Part shown: one piece after another, positions 35,172-39,558 of the stretch
Position numbering within the stretch: position 1 is the first letter of the stretch
Layout: each line of letters begins with the position of its first letter
Assembly (NCBI GenBank): GCA_049999805.1
Contig: JBNGIO010006455.1
Location: forward strand, 1 to 39,558
Direction: 5' to 3'
DNA: 39,558 bases
From: Folioceros fuciformis
Taxonomy: Eukaryota
Translations under genes and position numbers: made by a program
The notes under the pieces: model-generated
The model's database searches: none
What the model was told of the DNA's origin: nothing
Seen by the model: the letters and a program-made list of their open reading frames with translations, nothing else

Positions 35172-36160
35172 ATGGCGATGGCGAGAACTCTGGTAGGTAG
35201 GGCAGGGATAGTGGCTGCCCCGATGCCATCAGGTCGCACATTGTGTTTCCTCCCGTCCTTGCACATTTGTTCTTTACCAGGTCAACTCGCCTCCAACTCC
35301 CCGTCCCTCCGCTCCACCCCAGTCTTCATTCATAGCTTTTCCAGGTCCATCCTCCCATCTGCTGCTGTGTTCTTCGCCAGATCCTCGTCCGTATCTGCCG
35401 AGCAGCAGACATCTGACAGCGAAGGAGCTCCTGCTTCTCCTGCTGCTATTCCTGCGGAGGAGGCGGTGCCGGAGCTGAGTGCTTTGGATATTAGAGTGGG
35501 CAAGATTCTCAAGGCATGGAAGCATCCATCGGCGGACTCCCTGTATGTGGAGGAGGTAGATGTAGGAGAGGAGACCGGGCCCCGCACCATTTGCAGCGGG
35601 CTGGTGAAGTACATTCCCGAGGAGGAATTGCAGGTCCGTTTCGTGTTTGCAGTTGATGCTCGCATGGGGTTCTTCGACACTCTTTTGATTAGTGGTCCCG
35701 CAAACTTGGCGCAGGGTAGGTCGGTCATAGTCCTGGCAAACTTGAAGGCACGCAACATGCGTGGCACGAAATCGGAGGGCATGTTGATGGCTGCATCAGA
35801 CGCTGCGCATGAGAATGTGGAACTGCTGACTCCTCCGGAAGGCGCAGTGCCAGGGGAGCGTGCGTGGTTTGGTTCTGAAGAAGATGCAAACCAGTCTGCA
35901 GCAGCCACCCCGAATCAGGCAAGCAGGCTGGTCTCTTTGTCGTCCATGTGCCTGGAGGCATTTCCCACCCTCGCTACCCCGGTCGCGTGACAAATGTGTC
36001 TGCTTGCTGGTTGCAGCTGCAAAAGAAGAAGATTTGGGAGACAATCCAACCTCTTCTTAGCACCACAGACGAGTGTGTAGCCACATTCAGGGACAAGCCT
36101 CTACGGGTGTCCTCGGGCCTTGTGACGTGCAAGTCGTTGAAGGGCGCCAATGTGTCCTGA
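35172..36160 (+). CDS. tRNA-binding OB-fold protein (EMAP-II/Arc1p-C/Trbp111-like) with a probable organellar transit peptide, ~269 aa, 3 exons
   Basis: Exons 35172-35633, 35715-35918 and 36017-36160 (second intron GC-AG). Motifs LDIRVGKILKAWKHPSADSLYVEEVDVGE, RTICSGLVKY, LANLKARNMRGTKSEGMLMAAS, VELLTPPEGAVPGER, KKKIWETIQP. Ser/Arg/Ala-rich, acid-poor N-terminus. Confidence 0.9.
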
Positions 36161-36760
36161 CCTGTCCAGGGTTTGCTCTTCTTCGCAGTGGGGTCATCCA
36201 CATTCACTTCTCCAGATCTCACAGCATAGCGAAGTATGTTTTGCTGCCCAGAGTTCATGGAGATGGGTTTTCTTTTGTCCATAGGAAGTGGGCTGAAAGA
36301 GAGCTCTCCATCCCTTGATGCGCGGAAGCTCGTTGCTTCCATTGTCTTCTCAAGGCCCTTCTGAATCACGCGGAAGGGCTTTTCCTCCCGCTAACAGTAC
36401 TGTACAGCAATGTCCTCAGGACGTTTTGTCAAGCACGCTAGAATCCAAAATTGTGCCCACAGATTGCTGTCCAATTCCAGGGTTGTTGACCGTCAGAGGT
36501 GGCAGGCGTTCCCGCAGAGACGCCGACGAGGAATGCGTCCAACGAAAACAAACCCGCATACGTTTTAAGGCCGGGGCAGGCATCCAGCCAGACTAGCCCG
36601 GCAAAGGGTAAACCAAGTAAAGCGCAACCCTACTCCTCCATAGTGGTGTTGAGAAGTGTGAAGCCAAACCTGGGCCTTTCGACGGCCAGGTACTGTGCAC
36701 ATCTGGATAGTTGTGCGGAGTGAGGAAGCGGAATAGAAAGTGTGTGCTGCAGCCAGCAGC

Positions 36761-37108
36761 ATGCCGACGCTCAACCTGTCCACCAACGTGCCGCTGGACG
36801 GAGTGGCGGTGTCAGACGTGCTCAAGGATGCCAGCAAGACTGTGGCGCGCATCATCGGCAAGCCCGAGTCCTATGTCATGGTGGTGCTCAAGGGTTCTGT
36901 GCCCATCTCCTTCGGCGGCACTGAGGGGCCCGCTGCCTACGGCGAGGTGGTATCAATCGGCGGCCTCTCCCCGGACGTGAACAAGCGGCTCAGCAAGGCT
37001 GTGGCGGAGCTGCTCGAGTCTAAGCTATCTGTGCCTCCCAACCGCTTCTACATCAAGTTTGTAGACGTAGAGAGGACTGACTTCGGGTGGAACGGCTCTA
37101 CGTTCTGA
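36761..37108 (+). CDS. MDL: macrophage migration inhibitory factor / D-dopachrome tautomerase-like protein, 115 aa, intronless
   Basis: MPTLNLSTNVPLD with catalytic Pro2; GKPESYVMV, FGGTEGPAAYGEVVSIGGL, RFYIKF, GWNGSTF. Confidence 0.95.
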   Translation: MPTLNLSTNVPLDGVAVSDVLKDASKTVARIIGKPESYVMVVLKGSVPISFGGTEGPAAYGEVVSIGGLSPDVNKRLSKAVAELLESKLSVPPNRFYIKFVDVERTDFGWNGSTF

Positions 37109-37297
37109 AGGCTCGCTCACCTCGCCCGCTTGCCGGCCGTAGGATATGTGGCAGGACCTCATGTTGGTTGATTGTGTGCTTCACATGCCTTTTCGTATGC
37201 TTGCATATTGGTTGCATAATGCACGATTGATTGCCTTTGCCTGAGTGCTCCACCTGTCCCGGACTCGGGCCCGTGCTGCAAACAGTTTGTAAACGTC

Positions 37298-37320
37298 AGC
37301 TGGAGCTGGAGCTGGAGCTG
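37298..37320. repeat. (AGCTGG)n microsatellite
   Basis: Directly visible. Confidence 0.75.
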
Positions 37321-38559
37321 TGAATCTGAATGGTGAATTGCAATCTGCATAGCTCGGCAGCTTTGTCCCTTGCTGGTTTACATCTGACAAGAGCGCAGCA
37401 GGAAGAAAACGCTTGGTGCATGGCTCCCTACCGCTTTGATTGCTTCCCGCTCCATTAGCAGGAAAACCATGTGGATCAGGTTTTTCCGGCTTGGACCAGC
37501 CTCGCCGACGTCCATAACGTGTGCTTGGATTCTCCACATTCCTCCTTCGTGCAACGGACTGTGAAAAAAAATCTGTCGCAGACTCCTTAAGGTTTTCCTG
37601 TATGGCGTGGTCGACTTGCACCTCTAAGCCTCCCTAACCTTTTTCCCAAAATGTAACTTTCAAGCTGCCTTACTATGAAGTCGTGGAATGCTGGTGTACC
37701 TAGGTTCAAACTTTCGCTTTGGCCTCGCCAAGAGGCGCGCCCAATGGGAATATTTATTTCAATATGAGAATCTGAGCATATTGATTTCAATGCCCGTCTA
37801 ATTATGGTTGTGGTCATATATTTCCCAAGCTATTCTAAGCTATATATTTTATCTCTTCTGGTTATACCCTACACCCTTAATAAAATTACGATTCATTTTA
37901 GTTCAATTTTGACTAGAATAAGAGAATTTAAGTATAATGACAACATGAGCGTACATATATTACTTGTGGCTATGAAATACTAATTTGGATAAATGGCACA
38001 TAATTATTTTTCCTTTTTTTTCTCAACCGTATGTTGTATGCAAATATTCGGGGTGTCTTCCTTGTACAAAGGTCTTGTAGGGTTCCATGTCATCTCATGT
38101 TCTACCCTACTCTAGGGACTTCTTTTTCTTCAAACATTGCCAAGGCTGTGAGCCAATAAGGAACAATCAAGATTCTTTTGTGGACCATCACAAACACACA
38201 AAATTCTTATATCATAATCTATAACCTTAGCAAGTCTAAGAAAGATTTCCTAGCATATGGCAAGTTCTAATTGCCTAGAAGATGACCTTGCACATTGTAG
38301 TGATTGAGAATAGGTGCAAGGTGTATTTGAGAATTCTAGATACAGTTGCCTTGTACATTGTAGGTGCGGATTGTTCTTGCACATTGTATTGTTCTTGTCT
38401 GCAAATTGTACCTATACATCCTGATTACTTTCCCCAAGGACACTTTTGGTTCTACTAAGCGCCCCGGCCCCCGTCGTAGAAAGCCGGCCATAACCCAATT
38501 CTTTTTCTTAATTTTCTGAGGAGATGAGGCTTTGAGACTTTCCTTCGCTATTAGTACCT

Positions 38560-39100
38560 GCCCCCAGATACGCCATGCTACCACCTTGGTGGAAAGCGAG
38601 GTCCTCCCACCATATACGACAGCTATCCAATTATTCCATCGGCCAAAAATGCAAGAGCTCCACACTAATCCCCACCATTGATTTGGCACCAATGGGTGAT
38701 CAGAAGTTGGATCTAACTCGAATAGGGTAGATTGTTCATTTAGAATTGGATTGGCCAAAGAAAAGAGCTCTTGTAGCTAGTCCTTCACCTCTCACCATAC
38801 CTTGCGTGCAAATTCGCAGTGGAAGAACATATGTTGGCTTTTGCGGGGGGCCCCACTACTGCATAGTTTGCACACATCCACCCCCGCCGCTACTAGCAAG
38901 CCATCCCATCGGTCGGCATTAGGTAGGCAAGCCTGAAAAAGGCACCAAACCATGACTCTGACCTTTGGGGGGATTCTGGCAACCAACCAAAGGAGACAGA
39001 GAGCTTCCTTTTGGAGTCGGGCTGACAAGCTCTAATGAGAGGCCATCGGCCGGCGTTGCCGAGCTTCCTGTGGGCGAACCAGCCCGTGATAAATGTCCGC
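38560..39100 (-). mobile_element. L1-type LINE 3' fragment (zf-RVT), degenerate
   Basis: LW...IPPKVRVMVWCL...CLPNADR...CKLC.....SQHMFFHCEFARKVW, followed by WWGLVWSSCIFGRWNNW (a degenerate W..RN motif). Confidence 0.8.
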
Positions 39101-39558
39101 CGTTAGAAAGTTAAAGAAGGACCAGGAACAGGGTCTGCGCCTGACGGTCGTATTCCATGAAGCTCTTTTGGCGCACTTTTAAATTTACACCAGCCTAGGC
39201 ACATATCCATCTTTAAGCTGGTATTGAAAAACCGCATTGTTTGGACGTGTGTTGGATATAACACATAATCATAAATAACTAGAACACTGAAACATGAAGT
39301 AGAAGACTGAAAACTTTTCGACAAAAATCCAAATCGTCCTTCGAGTGCGCCGGTCTACTGGCGCACTGAACAGTGTGTTTCACTAAATCAATCTGGCTAT
39401 GTGCATGCTATGAATAAAAAACCTTTACCAGTCAAATTTAAATAAAGGCATATTGTACCACAAACTGCAAGCACTTTCAATCTACTTCTTTAGATCAAGT
39501 CATGGACGTCCTGGATGGCCTCAGAATCGACAACTATCTCTACATCTCTAAGACGTTG

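Noticed and set aside
35330-35908. 192-aa antisense ORF over the OB-fold gene (and similar antisense ORFs over CSLC, XXT and TH2-like exons)
   Set aside because: Shadow frames of GC-rich coding sequence with no independent signal.
1-39558. tRNA, rRNA or snRNA genes
   Set aside because: No cloverleaf/T-loop (GTTCGAATC-like) or snRNA signature noticed by eye; tRNAscan-SE and Rfam were not run.

Overview
Gene-dense eukaryotic nuclear DNA from a land plant. Short GT-AG introns (about 80-220 nt) and CSLC/XXT/TH2-type genes suggest a compact non-seed-plant genome, such as a hornwort or lycophyte; this is inference. Left to right: (1) the 3' half of an intact-looking Ty1/copia LTR retrotransposon (pol, PPT, 171-bp 3' LTR) with an extra antisense ORF, inserted in a dead pogo/Tigger-like transposase; (2) a 5-exon CSLC xyloglucan backbone synthase and, 6.4 kb away on the same strand, an intronless XXT1/2-type xyloglucan xylosyltransferase; (3) a divergent TenA-HAD (TH2-like) gene with a degenerate TenA site, an intact HAD site and a ~760-aa repetitive low-complexity tail; (4) a decayed CRE-like restriction-endonuclease-type non-LTR retrotransposon; (5) a decayed duplicate of the TH2-like 3' end; (6) a 10-exon cytosolic TyrRS head-to-head with an EMAP-II/Trbp111-like tRNA-binding OB-fold gene that has a GC-AG intron; (7) an intronless MIF/MDL gene; (8) an L1 fragment. 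The best candidates for new biology are the CSLC+XXT pairing and the TH2-like protein with its large repeat tail. All family assignments are by eye from remembered motifs; no searches were run.
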